The notes: generated from the sequence alone by a model not told the origin. 64,000 nucleotides of DNA from Octopus sinensis (GCF_006345805.1 NC_042997.1:33046001-33110000), one strand, 5' to 3'; shown: positions 1 through 14,700, counted from the stretch's first letter. Made by a program: numbers and translations.

Positions 1-621
1 TTACCATCTTCATATCTTTGTACATCTTGCTTACAGATAGCCATTAACACTATAATGTTGTGGAAGAATTGATGTGACTATAAATGTAAATTTGTTGCAA
101 TGGAAATATTACTGCAATGTGTGTGTGTGCATGTGAGTGAGTGTGTGTGTGTGTGCTAGTATGTACATGCATGTATATGTGTATGTATGAATGCTGTGTT
201 TGTATACCCTTATAGTTACATTTGCAAATACTTTTGCAATTTTATGGATTTCAAAATGTTTAGTTTCTACTGATCTCATTTAAAAATGTTACTGCCAGAG
301 TAAAATATCATGATAAACATGCAGACATACACACACATACCCAAACACACACACCACACAACATGGTGATCACATATTTTGAGAATATTGGTAACAACTT
401 CTCTTTTAACCATATATTATTAAAACACAAGTGTGCTCAGTTTTAGTATTTTCATAAAGGATTTTTCCTGTTTCTTTATTGCATCAATTCATTATGCTTG
501 GATCAGTAAAATTTTAGGTTCCATCTCTCCTTTTGGAGTATCCAGGTATAATCATAAAAGAACTCATTAGTCTCCCAGCTGTGTGAATGAAGGAAGATTA
601 AAGTTCAGCAATGAAAGCTAA

Positions 622-830
622 ATCCTTCAAAACTTCCATGCTTTCTGAGATTTGCCAACACTACACCTGATTTTCTCCCCTCCATACACACACAAGCATG
701 TATCTGACTCATACATTGTTCACTTTCCAGACATTTGCACATTACTGCATACACTTTATATGCACTTTCTGACAAGTTGTGGTGCATCTGAGCACTGTAG
801 ACAATAATTTCATTATTATTATAAATAAAC
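622..830 (+). repeat. Interspersed repeat with (TTA)n tail (probable LINE 3' UTR)
   Basis: Near-identical copy at 41381-41593; both end in cattattattat. Confidence 0.75.
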
Positions 831-1052
831 ATTCATCATTATAAAATATTCTGCTACACCCATCATTAAGCTATATCACTTGCAGCATTTACAACCAGGT
901 GAACTGAGTCAATTGAAAACTTAGTACAGTGGCTTTCAAACTCTGGCACTAATAGATATGCACACTTTTTGGTACACAAGGTTTACAAGAGCATTGAAAT
1001 CTTGAAGTAGTTACACGCAACTAAATGCAACTATGTGGAGATTCCTTCACCG

Positions 1053-1454
1053 TTTCTTATTTCTTTATTGCCCACAAGGGGCTAAACACAGAGGGGACAA
1101 ACAAGGACAGACAAACGGATTAAGTCGATTACATCGACCCCAGTGCGTATCTGGTACTTAATTTATCGACCCTGAAAAGATGAAAGGCAAAGTCGACCTC
1201 GACGGAATTTGAACTCAGAACGTAACGGCAGACGAAATACCTATTTCTTTATTACCCACAAGGGGCTAAACGTAAAGGGGACAAACAAGGACAGGCAAAC
1301 GGATTAAGTTGATTACATCGACCCCAGTGCGTAACTGGTACTTAATTTATCGACCCTGAAAAGATGAAAGGCAAAGACAACCTCGACGGAATTTGAACTC
1401 AGAACGTAACGGCAGACAAAATACCGCAAAGCATTTCGCCTGGCGAGCTAATGT
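1053..1454 (-). mobile_element. Dimeric SINE family B
   Basis: Two units joined at gacgaaatac|ctatttcttt (about 1240). Confidence 0.85.
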
Positions 1455-2687
1455 TTCTGCCAGCTTGCTGCCTTCACTGTTTTTGTCCACTTATCATTGT
1501 GAACAATAGTTTCCAGCAATATTTGTAACCAAGAACAATTTAGTTCAAGACTATCAAAACAAAATGATGCAATGGATGTGCTTCTCTGAAACTGTTTCTA
1601 GCATAAAGTTACTTGTTCATTTCATTGATGGACAAGTTATTAAGTTACTTGAAAGGATAAGACATCTGACTTTGAATCAGAAGATTGTGAGTTTGTATCT
1701 TGTTGTGGTCCCAAATTTTAATTTCATAGTTGCAGGAGTGGCTGTGTGGTAAGAAAAAGCTTGCTTCCTAACCACATAGTTCCGGTGTAGGATTTGTCAA
1801 TTATATAAACTAAGGTACTTTAACTGGTATTTTGTTTTATTGAGCTCAGAAGGATGAAAGGCAAAGTTGAACCAAGTTGAATTTGAACTTTTTGAATTGA
1901 TAGGAAATAATTCATGTCTATTGTCAGTTCTATTGTATCCAACCATTTTATACTATATTCTTCCCATGGTATATACCAACAGTGCTGAACACAGTGAAGG
2001 GATGTGCATTTGAGAACTCCCGACTTAGTGGCTTAATCAGATACAGTAGCCATGCTATTGTAAGTGCACAAATTACAGAGGGTTGAGCTGGTAGTTTGAT
2101 AAGTTTATTTTTCTACTCCAGTTTTGGTTCTAAGAAATTTATATCATAGCCAAAAATGTATGTATTTGCACTTGTTACTATCTCACTAAGTCAACAATAT
2201 GTAATGCTTCATAAAACTATCTTAAGAGGATGGGAAACACTAAAGAGACAATAATGATAATTAATTGTCCATCAGTGACTCCATTATAATTCTTACAACT
2301 TCACCTGAAGATAAATATATGGATAGTCTTTCAACAAGACGATTCTAAAGATTCTTCTCTTGTTATTGTTGTTAATGTTCAGCTATTGTTTTTATTTTCT
2401 TGTATGGTTTATTGATTTCTCTTTAACAGTGTTTCAGAGGAGTTCATTTGTCTACATCATATTCACCATTCCGTCTCGCACTAATGTAAAAGATACATAA
2501 AATATAGACAGAAGGCATCAGAGATGAAAAATATACAAAAAAACAACAAAAATATATGGTCAATATGGTTAAATACACATATCCATATACATAAAAGATG
2601 ATCACTTCTCTGATAGATGATAGCTGTTTCCATTAATCAACATCATCCCAATAATCTCCATTGCATCTGTGTACTCTGAGATAACTC

Positions 2688-2916
2688 TTAACCCTTTAGC
2701 ATTTAAACCGGCCATATCCGGCCAAAAGTATTCTGCCTGTTTTATGTTCAAATTGGCCAGATCTGGTCTCTTACACCAATCCTACAATATCATCTTAAAA
2801 ATTAACAGCTACCTCATCAAAATCTCATAACTACAAGATAATGCATGATTAGTTCAAAACAATGTGGATAAAGAAGCATTAATTTTGGCAGAATAATGCG
2901 AACACTAAAGGGTTAA
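2688..2916. mobile_element. TTAA-flanked MITE (piggyBac-type), family 1
   Basis: TTAA-CCCTTTAG ... CTAAAGGG-TTAA; homologous copies at 45093-45313 and 63322-63813. Confidence 0.85.
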
Positions 2917-4939
2917 GGTCAGCAGTTGACCTACAAATCTATGTGGTAGATAAAATTCAAAACTTTTTACAGGGTTTTGCAATTTTATATGCTTTTTCAA
3001 ACCAAGGTTATTTCAACAGATTTTTTTCAAAATATTGCACTGTTGTTGTAACCATAAAAAGGTAACAAATCATTGTTAGATGCATCTTGGTTCCATCAAT
3101 TCTTCTATGTTTTCATCTGGCTACATGTGTCACATGAAGCATTCTTTCCTTCGTGTTATATGCTGACAGGATGGATGCCACATTGAAACAACAAATCAGA
3201 ATATTGTAGACATATTCTGATGGTGGAGTCACAATGGCCCAGTGGTTAGGGCACTGGACTTGCGATCGTGGGATCACGGTTTCAATTCCCAGACCGGGTG
3301 TTGTGAGTGTTTATTGAGTGAAAACACCTAAAGCTCTATGATGGTGGAGGCACAATGGCCCAATGGTTAGGGCACTGGTCTTGCGATCATGGGATCGCAG
3401 TTTCGATTCCTAGACCGGGTGTTGTGAGTGTTTATTGAGTGAAAACATCTAAAGCTCTATGAAGCTCCAGCAGGGGGTGGCGAACTCTGCTTTACTCTTT
3501 CACCACAACATTCTAAACAGCGGTGCATCAGCATGGCCACAGCTCTTAGCTGAAACTAGAGAAGAAAAAAATATCCACAGGTAAAGCTAAAGTCATAACT
3601 AATTAGCATGTTTCTAGAGTTGTATTGGTGTATTTAAAACATTAAATTTAGCTAAGGTACTTTTGGAAGCAGGGTACTTTTGGAAGCTTAAGGTGGGCTG
3701 TAACACCCAATTATATTCAGGTCATAAGCCTTAAATATAAAAATCGATTCATAGTACCCCTGCAAAAAAATATGTCCTTCACATCTGTGAGAAAAGAATC
3801 ATGGTGCTAAGTGGCAACTCCTCTCTTTCTTCAGCTTGTGTGATCTGTGTGAATGAGGGTTGGAATGAGTGAAATATTTTACTTTCACTTTCGCATCTAT
3901 GTGAGGATATTGAAGTTGGTCTTGTTTAGAATATATAGGTGCAAGAGTGACTGTGTGGTAAGTAGCTTGCTTACCAACTACATGGTGCCGTGTTCAATCC
4001 CACTGCGTGGCTTCTTGGGTAAGTGGCTTCAACTATAGCCTTGTGCCGACCAAAGCCTTGTGAGTGGACTTGGTGGATGGAAACTGAAAGAAGCCCATCG
4101 TATATATGTGTGTGTGTGTGTGTTTGTGTGTCTGTGTTTGTCCCCCCCAGCATCGCTTGACAACTGATGTTGGTGTGTTCACATCCCCGTAACTTAGCGG
4201 TTCAGCAAAAGAGACCGATAGAATAAGTACTAGGCTTACAAAGAATAAGTACTGGGGTCGAAATGTTCGACTAAAGGCGGCGCTCCAGCATGGCCACAGT
4301 CAAATGACTGAAACAAATAAAAGAATAATAGAAGAAAAGAATCTTCCACTTTAGAGTGTTGATTGATGAGTTGATGTCTTGTGCATGTAGCAGTAGTACT
4401 GATGCTATGGCAGTCGTTTGTATTGCTTGAGAAAGTTTGCATTATGCTGATTTCTGTTTTGTAATAGCACAAGAAGTATGTGCACTAGAATGACAGCAGA
4501 GATTGATAATGTGTTATAACTAGAATGTTTACTAGGATTTCTTTTGCCAGATTTAGCATAGCAAAAGAAAAAGAGTCCATTTGATTAGTGAACAATTGAT
4601 GTTTGGAGTGTCTGTAGGTGTGATACCCTGCTGGATAGGGTTATGAAATCTGAAGGTGGTTATTGTTCTCATTAAATGCCTTCTTTATTTTGATTGTAGT
4701 GAGGATCTGGATCTAATAGTACAATAACACGAGGGTGCTGAGGTTGTCAGTGGGAATGCATTTGGTAGTTTTGAATTTGTTGAGGTGAAGATAAATCTGT
4801 GAGAGAGTGCTATAGTATTGGCTGGAAGTGCTTATACATGTGTGTGTGTGTTTAAAAGAAAAGGGTTCTCTGCACAAATGTATGTATGTATGTATGTATG
4901 TATGGATGTATGTATGTATGTATGTATGTATGTATGTAT

Positions 4940-5550
4940 GTATGGAGAGTTAGCTAAAGGAGAACGACCTCCACATAAACCAAAAAAGAGGTATAAGGAC
5001 TTGCTGAAGGCTTCCTTAAGCGATGCTTGCATCTCTTCTGACACATGGGAGGGCATAGCTATTGATCGTAGCAGGTGGAGAAGGATTGTGCACGAGGGGA
5101 CAGCTACTTTTGAGAAATCTCGAGTTGCACATGAGAAAGTAAGGAGGGATGTCAGGAAGGGCATCGCTGTTACACTTCCAGATGGGAAGGGTCTTCCTAT
5201 GATGCTAACGTGCAGTGTCTGTATAAGACCCTGCCTCATCTTCGTAGTCATAAAGCGAGACAGATGGGTGACAACCTGACCACTGGTGGTGATGTTACAC
5301 ACCATACTAATCATATCTGTCAGGTATGTGGAAGAGTGTGTAATTTGGCAGGAGGACTTAAACAACATGCAAAGGTACATGAAGCCCAGTTACAACTACA
5401 GCCGGCTATTACCAGTAAAGGTTTTAGCTGCCAATTCTGTACAAGACATTGTAGATCTTTAGCTGGGCTAAAAAGTCACATTCGATCACAGCACCAGTAA
5501 CTGTTAAGCTTCGTGCAATGGCCATACTCGATAACGAGGGGGCAGCCATC
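4940..5550 (+). mobile_element. RTE-clade LINE 3' end with C-terminal C2H2 zinc fingers
   Basis: YGELAKGERPPHKPKKRYKDLLKASL...WEGIAIDRSRWRRIVHEG is typical of an RTE ORF end. It is followed by CxxC..H..H fingers and a short 3' UTR, and is embedded in (TATG)n. Confidence 0.85.
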
Positions 5551-5624
5551 ATGTATGTATGTATGCATGTATGTAAGGGTGGGTGTATGTATGTATGTAA
5601 GGATGGGTGGATGTGTGCATGTGT

Positions 5625-6478
5625 TGTGTTCAGGCTAAATTTGGTAATTTTTACGTCTCCTTTTTTTCAGGAACGGTTTGATATATTAGTGAACAGTCAA
5701 TGGCAAACAGATTCAAGTTGTAGTTGAGAAAAAGTTGACTGACATGGAAGACTGGAAGTGATCTGAATATTGGAAAACAATTACCCGTGTGATGATGATC
5801 CATGCTGAGTATTAAAATGCAAACACTATGCTCTGTAAATACTGTAGAAGCGTAAGGCGTAGCATGGACAACTGCAACAGAGACTACGAAGCTGTGGTCA
5901 GCAGGAAGGGATGTTGCAAGAATTCTGACTGCGTCCACATGGCAGAATACATCCCCACATATTTGAACTGGGCCTTAGGCTCAATTCAGATGGCTATGTA
6001 ATGCTACTGGAGACTGGTCAAACTTTGGCTGATGAGGGTTGATGCTGGAAAGCCCTATGTATGGCAGTAGGATTCAGGTCCTTGCCATACTTTTGGAAAG
6101 AGTAAGGAATGGTTGGTGGAAAATTTCTAAGATTCCACCGGTCCCAATTTCTGGCCTATTAACTCCTCCAATTTTAATCCAATGGATTACTATGAATGAC
6201 ATCAACCACTCTGCTTCAAACAACAAGGTTGAACTGGTGGCCAAGATCAAGGAGGTGTTTGAAGATCTTCCGAGGGACACAGTGGAGGAATACATATGTC
6301 AGATTCCAGAGCATTCTTGAGGCAATGGTGGAAGCTGAGGACAGCTACTTTGAGTAAATTGTTATCTCCCAGTCATAATCTAATTGAGATCTTTTGATTT
6401 TTAAAAAAATATTTTATTTTTGTATTGGATATTGTATTTTCTTTTCCTTTTATGCAAGATGTCAAATTAAGCCATATA
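5625..6478 (+). pseudogene. Decayed Tc1/mariner-superfamily transposon (transposase catalytic-domain remnant)
   Basis: About 6040-6357 translates with stops and frameshifts as GKPYVWQ*DSGPCHT...WLVENF...FWPINSSNFNPMDYY...ELVAKIKEVFEDLPRDTV...LEAMVEAEDSYFE, resembling FQQDSAPAH and WPP.SPDLNPLDY. Weak TIR similarity (ggctaaatttg / caaattaagcc). Confidence 0.75.
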
Positions 6479-6653
6479 TATATATATAATGGCAAGAATA
6501 CATCAAAAGGCATATAACAGCTACAATAGATATGGACAATTAGAGCTTAGATCAGATACCTAAATACCTAAAATTCAACATTGAACAAAAGGAGATGGAA
6601 TCCAAGTAAATGAGAGCTGGCTACAGTAATGTACCAGCTGTGGTAATGAAAGT

Positions 6654-6713
<60 letters not shown>

Positions 6714-7052
6714 TGGGGAAGGCTGGTTTATGGGATTACCCTGGGTTTCCCATCCATAAAGGGTTTAACTTTATAGTGTATTGTCAGCTCCCAAAACACT
6801 TTTGCCCTGGCACATAAAAAGCACCAACCAATTGTGACCGATGCCAGTACCCCCTGACTGGGCACTGTGCCAGTAGCATGTAAAAAGTACCCACTACACT
6901 CTCAGAGTGGCTGGCATTAGGAAGGGCATCCAGCTGTAGAAACATTGCCAGATCAGATTGGAGCCTGGTGCAGCTGCTGGCTCACCAGATCTCAGTCAAA
7001 CCGTCCAACCCATACAAGCATGGAAAGCAGACGTTAAATGATGATGATGAGG

Positions 7053-7456
<404 letters not shown>

Positions 7457-7609
7457 GTAAGCAGGGTTAATAGTTGGAATAACCATCTAAGGGATAATAG
7501 TATCCGTTCCTACTATTGGTGTCATTTACCTATGAATCCCCAGGTAGGGGTATGCAAGCACACTATGCTTATAGGGTACAGGTAACAACAGAAGTTTATC
7601 AGGAATCAA

Positions 7610-7749
7610 ATTTAAATAAGTAGAACATGGAGAAAACCTTTGATCAACAAACAAACAAATTGACCAACATCGGTTGATTATTTTCAACCGATGTTGGTCA
7701 ATTTGGTTGTTTGTTGATCAAAAGTTTTCTCCATTCTCTGCTTATTTAA

Positions 7750-7751
<2 letters not shown>
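7610..7751. repeat. Long inverted repeat (about 67-bp arms, 6-nt loop)
   Basis: tttaaataagtagaacatggagaaaacc...catcggttga TTATTT tcaaccgatg...ctccattctctgcttatttaaa; about 5 mismatches; abuts (TA)n. Confidence 0.9.
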
Positions 7752-7844
<93 letters not shown>

Positions 7845-8702
7845 TACATACACACAAACACACACACACACAAATATATATATACATATATACATACACA
7901 CAAACACACACACACACACACACACAAATATATATATACATAGTTATTAGACCATAAGAAAGAATGATTTGCAGTATTCATTGCAGCTCTGTGTACATAG
8001 AGTTCAAATCCTGTCACAGTCAACTTTGCCTTTTATATCTATGGGTTTGCTAAATTAAGTACTGGAGCTAATTCTTCTCATTCTCTCCCTCTCCCTCCCT
8101 CTCTCTCCAATCCCCTCCCCTCCCCTCCCCTCCCCCTCCCCTATCTCTCTCACACACACACCTCTTTCTTTCACACCTCTGAATCAGTTATGTTAGACAA
8201 ACAGACAGGTCTTGGCTGATCAATCACAGCATCCCTTTCTTCAGGAATGGAGAAGAATTCAGTGAGGGCTTAGGAACCTCTTCTCATACCCCCCCCCCCC
8301 AGAATAACTGATATGCTACTGAAACCCTCCAAGAGTGGCCTGATGTGCAGCACTGAATATTATAGCTATAGTAAATGTAATATACAAACATACATGCATA
8401 TATACATACATACATACAAACATTACATACATGCACAGACATGCACGGACATACACACACACATGCACATGCACACACATATATACACTACACATTAAAT
8501 ACATGTGTACACATACACATGTATAATGCTTACATATGCATATGTATGCGTTTCTGATTTCTAAGAAAGAAAAGCATCTATGAATCTAATGCAATAAAGG
8601 CAGATCCTAACTGTTGCTCTGCAATCAAAATGGTTGAATAGGTTGCACGTGGTTGAAATCAATTTGACATAAAGAGAAAATGAGAGAGAAAAAGAGAGAG
8701 GG

Positions 8703-8797
8703 AGATAGATAGATAGATAGAGAGATAGATAGACAGGTAGGGAGGTAGGTAGATAGATAGATAGGTAGGTAGGTAGGTAGGTAGTTGGGTAGGTAGG

Positions 8798-8829
<32 letters not shown>

Positions 8830-9005
8830 GAGATAGGTAGGTAGGTAGGTAGGTAGGTAGGTAGGTAGGTGGGTAGGTAGGTAGATAGATAGATAGATAG
8901 ATAGATAGGTAGGTAGAGAGATAGGTAGGTAGGTAGGTAGGTAGGTAAATGGATATGTAAATAAACAGATAGATACATAGGTAAGTAGATAGATAGATAG
9001 GTAGG

Positions 9006-9040
<35 letters not shown>

Positions 9041-9129
9041 GTAGGTAGGTAGGTAGGTAGGTAGGTAGATAGATAAATAGATAGATAGGCAGATAGGTAG
9101 ATAGTAGAGAGAGAGAGAGAGAGAGAGAG
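8703..9129. repeat. Compound (GATA)n/(GGTA)n/(GA)n microsatellite
   Basis: Direct reading. Confidence 0.98.
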
Positions 9130-11868
9130 CAATAAACAAGATAAAAGAAAATACAGGTAAGAAAATAAAGAGACAAAATATCTGGCAAAAAGTGAAGGTT
9201 TTAATTTAAGCAATTGATAGGTATTAAGAATAATTTAATCGCAATTACGAAGACAAAAACTTCTTTGGGTTGATATATTTTTTGTATTTTCCAAGAAAGA
9301 ATAAAAAAAGAATCAGCTTATTTCTGTCTTTCTCTGGAAGAGGTTAAGAAAATGGTGATATGTCTTAAGGACATGAAAAACTGATCCAAAAAAATCTGAA
9401 ATTAATATTTATTAAGATTAGTGAAAAGTTATTTTGTTTTATTCTTATTGGCATTCCGTTGAGATCAAGAGGTTTATTAGTAAAAGAGGAAAAAAAAAAT
9501 ACAATGCATATATATATACATAACAAAATGATAATTGCTGTTATTCATTTCCAAATTTCTATCTACTAAAAAAAGGTAAAAAAGGAAAGAAAAAAAGGAA
9601 AAAGAAAAAAAATTTATAAAGCAATGCATTAAGATAAATTGTGGTTTCTCATTGATGAGTGCTTTCTTTTTCTTTTTGAGGATACGTTGACAAAATCTAT
9701 GATATAAGTATATATGCATAAAACAGCGAGTCTATGTGAGATGCAGAGAGGGCTCTTCAATTCAACTCTCTTAAAGATTTTTTCTTGTATAACTTGACTC
9801 TGGGCATGGCATTTAATTTCATATGACCCCCTACAATAAACTACCATTAATATTTACCACGTGCTAGATCTGCTGGATATGCCACCTGTAATAAAGTGGA
9901 ATTCCTTCTAATTGGAGCAGGAGGAAAGAGATTAATCTCCCATTCATTCAGTTTCACAAGATCAGAGACAAAGAAGGTGGCGAGCAGGCAGAACCCTTAG
10001 TATACCTGGCAAAATGCTTAGCAGCATTTTATCCAGCTTTAAGTTCCAAGATCAAATTCTGCCAAGGTAGACTTTGCCTTTCATCCTTTTGGGGCCAATA
10101 AAATAAGTACCAGTTGAATACTGGGCTGATGTAATCAACAAGACACTGCCCCTAAAATTGCTGGGCTTGTGCCAAAATTTGAAACCAGTATCAGAGATAG
10201 GTACCATTCTTATAAACATCTGGGAGCTGTGGTTGTTATTTATTTACTTATTTAATTTAAGAATAGGCTAATGAACAACCAACTAAGAGGACAACTGTCT
10301 ACCATATTCTACCACTAGCATTGCATTGTGTCCATGGTTAAGACACATATCTTACAAACACCCAATCCACTAAGCTGTTGATGGATTACTCAGAGTAGAA
10401 ACAGCCCATCATTGTAAGCAGTAAAAGCACTGTAACATTCTTAAGTATTTCTTTAGCTCATAGTGTTGATTTCAACTATTCCTTTTCTTTCTCCTTCTGT
10501 CTCCTCCCACTATTTCTTAGGGGTATGACCTGATAGGCATTTGACTCTATTGGCATCATCTAAAAATAACAATGCAACCTTAATCCATTGATGGATGACT
10601 TTCATTAGGCAGACAGGAATGTAATTTAGCTGCTGTGAAGACTCTCTTTTTACTCTCTCTTTTACTCTTTTACTTGTTTCAGTCATTTGACTGCGGCCAT
10701 GCTGGAGCATCGCCTTTAGTCGAGCAAATCAACCCCGGTACTTATTCTTTGTAAGCCCAGTACTTATTCTATCGGTCTCTTTTGCCGAACCGCTAAGTTG
10801 TGGGGGACGTAAACACACCAGCATCGGTTGTCAAGCAATGTTGGGGGACAAACACACCACACACACACACACATATATATGCATTTATACGCCGGGCTTC
10901 TTTCAGTTTCCGTCTACCAAATCCACTCACAAGGCATTGGTCAGCCCAGGGCTATAGCAGAAGACACTTGCCCAAGGTTCCACACAGTGGGACTGAACCC
11001 GGAACCATGTGATTGGTTAGCAAGCTACTTACCACACAGCCACTCCTGCGCCTGTTAGCATACTATTTAATTTAATATTAACATTATGGGTGATGGTATT
11101 ATTTTTCATTTATTTATTATTATTTTTTTAATTTTTGCATTCTGAAGATTATAAACGACTTGCTTTATTGCATCAAGTTGCCTTCTTGAATCAAACCTGA
11201 AGGACCTTCTTATATCATAGACTTTATCAACAGTTCATCTCTTGCTCAGAACTGATGAAAAAACACAATGTTTATTAGAATACTCCATGTATAGAAACTT
11301 TGTTATTCATATGATATATATATATATATAATATACATACATATGTTATATATGTACATACATACATACATATATATATATATGTACATACATTATATAT
11401 ATATATATATATATATATAATATGTACATATATACACATATAAACATACATATATACATACACAAACATTTCAACAAATTGTTCATATGGCAGATATATT
11501 TCCCTCATCTTTTAAATATAAATGAGATGAGTTTTATATTGAAGGTTAAGTAAAGTACAAAAAAAAAAAAGAAAAGGAAAAGGAGAAACAACAACTTAAA
11601 TGGTATTTGAGATAGTATTTTGGAATGGTTAATGAAATGAGAAATACGTTTAAGAATGAGAAAGCAGTTTTAGGCTCAAAACTAAGTAAGCAATTTGTGA
11701 TTAGTAACAATATCCAATAATGTATCTTTTGGGTCATGAGGACATTACTGAAAATATTTGCCTTGATAGTTTTTTTTGTTTTTTTTCTCAAAAAAAGAAG
11801 TTGTGCCAATAAACAGAGCTATTGATCCCAGTATTTGATTTGTATTTATTTCATTAGTCCTGTGAGTA

Positions 11869-12253
11869 TCTCTCCCTATATAAACGGCAGTTTGTCTCTG
11901 TGTGTTTCTGTGTGTCTGTTAGGTTGTACCCTCACCCTGACCACGGCTTTCAACCGATTCTGATGAAACTTAACACACACATAGCCCAATGTCATAATTC
12001 AAAACTAACGCAGAGAAAATTTTGAAAAGTTCCCCCAGTTCTGAAAAAAATCGATAAATTCGACATGGGGTCGAGAATCAGAAACACAAACCACAGACTG
12101 TCTAGGGGATGCAACTCGACCGTTTTAACTCTCAAAAAAAAATTTACCATAATTTTTTTTCCATTTTTTTGCTATTTTTTGGCTATAACTCTCTAAAAAT
12201 GCTTTATAGTTATTTCCCTTACAAACCCGAGCAACGCGGGGCGATACTGCTAG
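11869..12253 (+). mobile_element. Non-autonomous Helitron (variant 5' region)
   Basis: 5' TC, 3' CTAG, subterminal hairpin cccgagcaacgcgggg, inserted between A and T. The 3' ~130 bp is shared with the three copies below. Confidence 0.85.
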
Positions 12254-13474
12254 TAAAAAATAAAGTTAACCTACAGGGGATTTGAACTCAAGAGCATAAA
12301 GTATGTAACTTAATCTCATTTTGTCAATGTTTTGCCAATGGATGATAGATTCAGTAGTGCAGCAGCTAAGATATTTTTGCAGCGTTTAATGACATATCTC
12401 TATGTAATGGAAAAGAATATGTCAAAAACAAAAGGCCTGTAATAGATACAGGCCATTAAAGCTCAGACTAGGCCTGATAGCAAAAAATCCATTGTCCAAT
12501 GAAAAGAGACGGAATCCAAACAAAAGAGCATTGACCAAAGGCAATGCGTCAGTTTGAGCTAATGAACGTACAATAGAATTTTTTAAATGGACAGGCAGTT
12601 GTTAATGGCATCAAAGCATTTATGGAATAGTTATACAGAATTGTGTGTAAATATAAATTAAACAGAAGTGGAGAGTTTAAGTACCTGGAGTTCATTATAC
12701 ATTTTAACCTTTCCAGATCAATAAAATATGAACCAGTCAAGTGGGCCATTGCCCTTTAATTTGTGGTATTGTGCCCAGTAATGAATCATCAATATTATCA
12801 TTATTTGTAAGGCAGTAAGCTGGCAGACTTGTGAGCATGCCAGACAAATGCTTAATGCTTAGCAGCATTTTGTCTGTCCTTACGTTCTGTGTTCAAATTT
12901 TATTGAGGTCAACTTTGGCTTTCATCCTTTTGGGGTTGATAAAATGAGTACCAGTTGAACACTGGGGTTGATGTAATCGATTTAATCCCTCTCCTGAAAT
13001 TGCTGGCCTTGTGCCAAAATTTGAAATACTATTTTCATTTGTGAACTGGTGGTAGAATGGCTGGTTAAATACCTTGTGTATTTAGTTCTAAGTTCACAGT
13101 CAAAATTCAATGTCAAAATTCAATAAAATAAATTCAAGTCAAGTTTTGGGGTCAGTTTAATTGGCTGTTTGTTCCCAATGTGTGTGACATTGGGCATACG
13201 TTCGAAATGATCAACATAATTTTTATATTTTCTGTTTTTTATTTACTTTACAAAGATGAGCTTATGTTACTGCTTTCTTATTGATTTTTAGGTTTGATTT
13301 TTATGTTACATTTTGTTGATGTTGTTGTTACTGTGTTACTTGTTTGAAGATATAAAGATGAATTAGGAGGAATACACTTAACACACTTGTATCATGTCCT
13401 TTAAAGAAAATAGCTTGATAAGCTGACAGGTAAACTGCATCTATGGAAGTAAAGAAACAGCTTACAGCCAACAT

Positions 13475-13538
<64 letters not shown>

Positions 13539-13699
13539 GTGCATGTGTGTGTGTGTGGATGCATGTGTGTGCATGAGTATGTTTGTGTACAATATGTTTA
13601 TGTATGAGTGACATTTCTGAAGCAAAGTATGAAGGAATTTCTCATGCATTCACTCACACAAACACATGTATATACACACATACATATACATACAAATGT

Positions 13700-14700
13700 A
13701 ATGTAGAGCAAATCTCCAGTCAGAGTAGATTTAACTCAATGAAACTGTACTGGTGATTGCTGGGAAGGAGAGAAAAACTCGAAAGATGTAATTTACTGTC
13801 TCTATGACCTTTGAGATGTCTGTGAGTGAAATATAGCAATAATTGATAGACTAAAACAGATTCCAATTTTGGAGATGAGACACACTTGCCTGGGATAGAT
13901 ACCTATAGAAAGAAAATGGTTGAATTTAGTTAAAAACAAAACTAACTTGAGAGCAGACTATTTTGAGAGCAGACTTTCTCAGGCTAGAGTGATTTAAGAC
14001 AATGTGTAACTTCATATCAGCCTTGACCAAGCAGTCCTATGGCAAACAAGTAGTCAGTTAAATGACTAGGTACACAGATGAATCTTCTCGGGTTTGGTGA
14101 ATATAAGAATAAAGTGGAGGGGCTGGTAAGGCTGAAAGGTTGAAAGAGAGTGACTTTGGAAAATGCTTTGCTATGTGTGTAGAATGGAAGCCTAGCCTTT
14201 GGGATGCAGTTTTGATAATGCTGAATACATAAGGTCATCATAAGAGATCCTCAGTGATATGAGGTTTTGCACCTGTAGGGAGAATCTGAGGATGTAGTGA
14301 AAGATAATGTCCTTGGTATACATAGTGATTATTTCTTGGTGTTGTTGATTGAAACAAGGTTATCAGGTCCATAACGGTAAATGTTTTCAAGATATCTGTT
14401 TATTAAAGCAAGGTAAGTTTGGTGTGAAGTGACTAAGTAGCATTTGAATGATGACATCTGTATGAAGATGTTAAGGTGGGGGGGGGGAGCGAAGGTGGTC
14501 TCACTTGCATGGAAGTATATAGGATTATGATAACAGAAAGTAGATAATTAACATAGAGAAATAAGAATGTGAAGTGTACTAGAGTTGGTAAGGTGTGGGT
14601 TAGAGAGATTCCTGTAAATTCTTTTGCAATATAATGTAAGTAACCTGGTAGGAAACTTCCATTGCAAGAAATGAAAAACTGATGAATTCTATAGGTAAAC
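13700..14700 (-). mobile_element. Possible highly decayed Penelope-like reverse-transcriptase remnant
   Basis: Only short hints on the minus strand (LNIFI ... SLHTKLT, compare FLDI.I ... SVY.KPT), with no intact ORF. Lies about 1 kb from the hammerhead-like motifs. Confidence 0.25.

Noticed and set aside
5210-5500. C2H2 zinc-finger ORF as a host gene of the expanded cephalopod ZNF family
   Set aside because: Contiguous with an RTE ORF end, lacks TGEKP linkers, and is present as multiple 5'-truncated copies sharing one tail.
11248-11310. CUGAUGA ... GAAAC-UUU-GUU next to (TA)n, a possible hammerhead
   Set aside because: No convincing stem II, and helix I is out of register; could be chance in AT-rich DNA.
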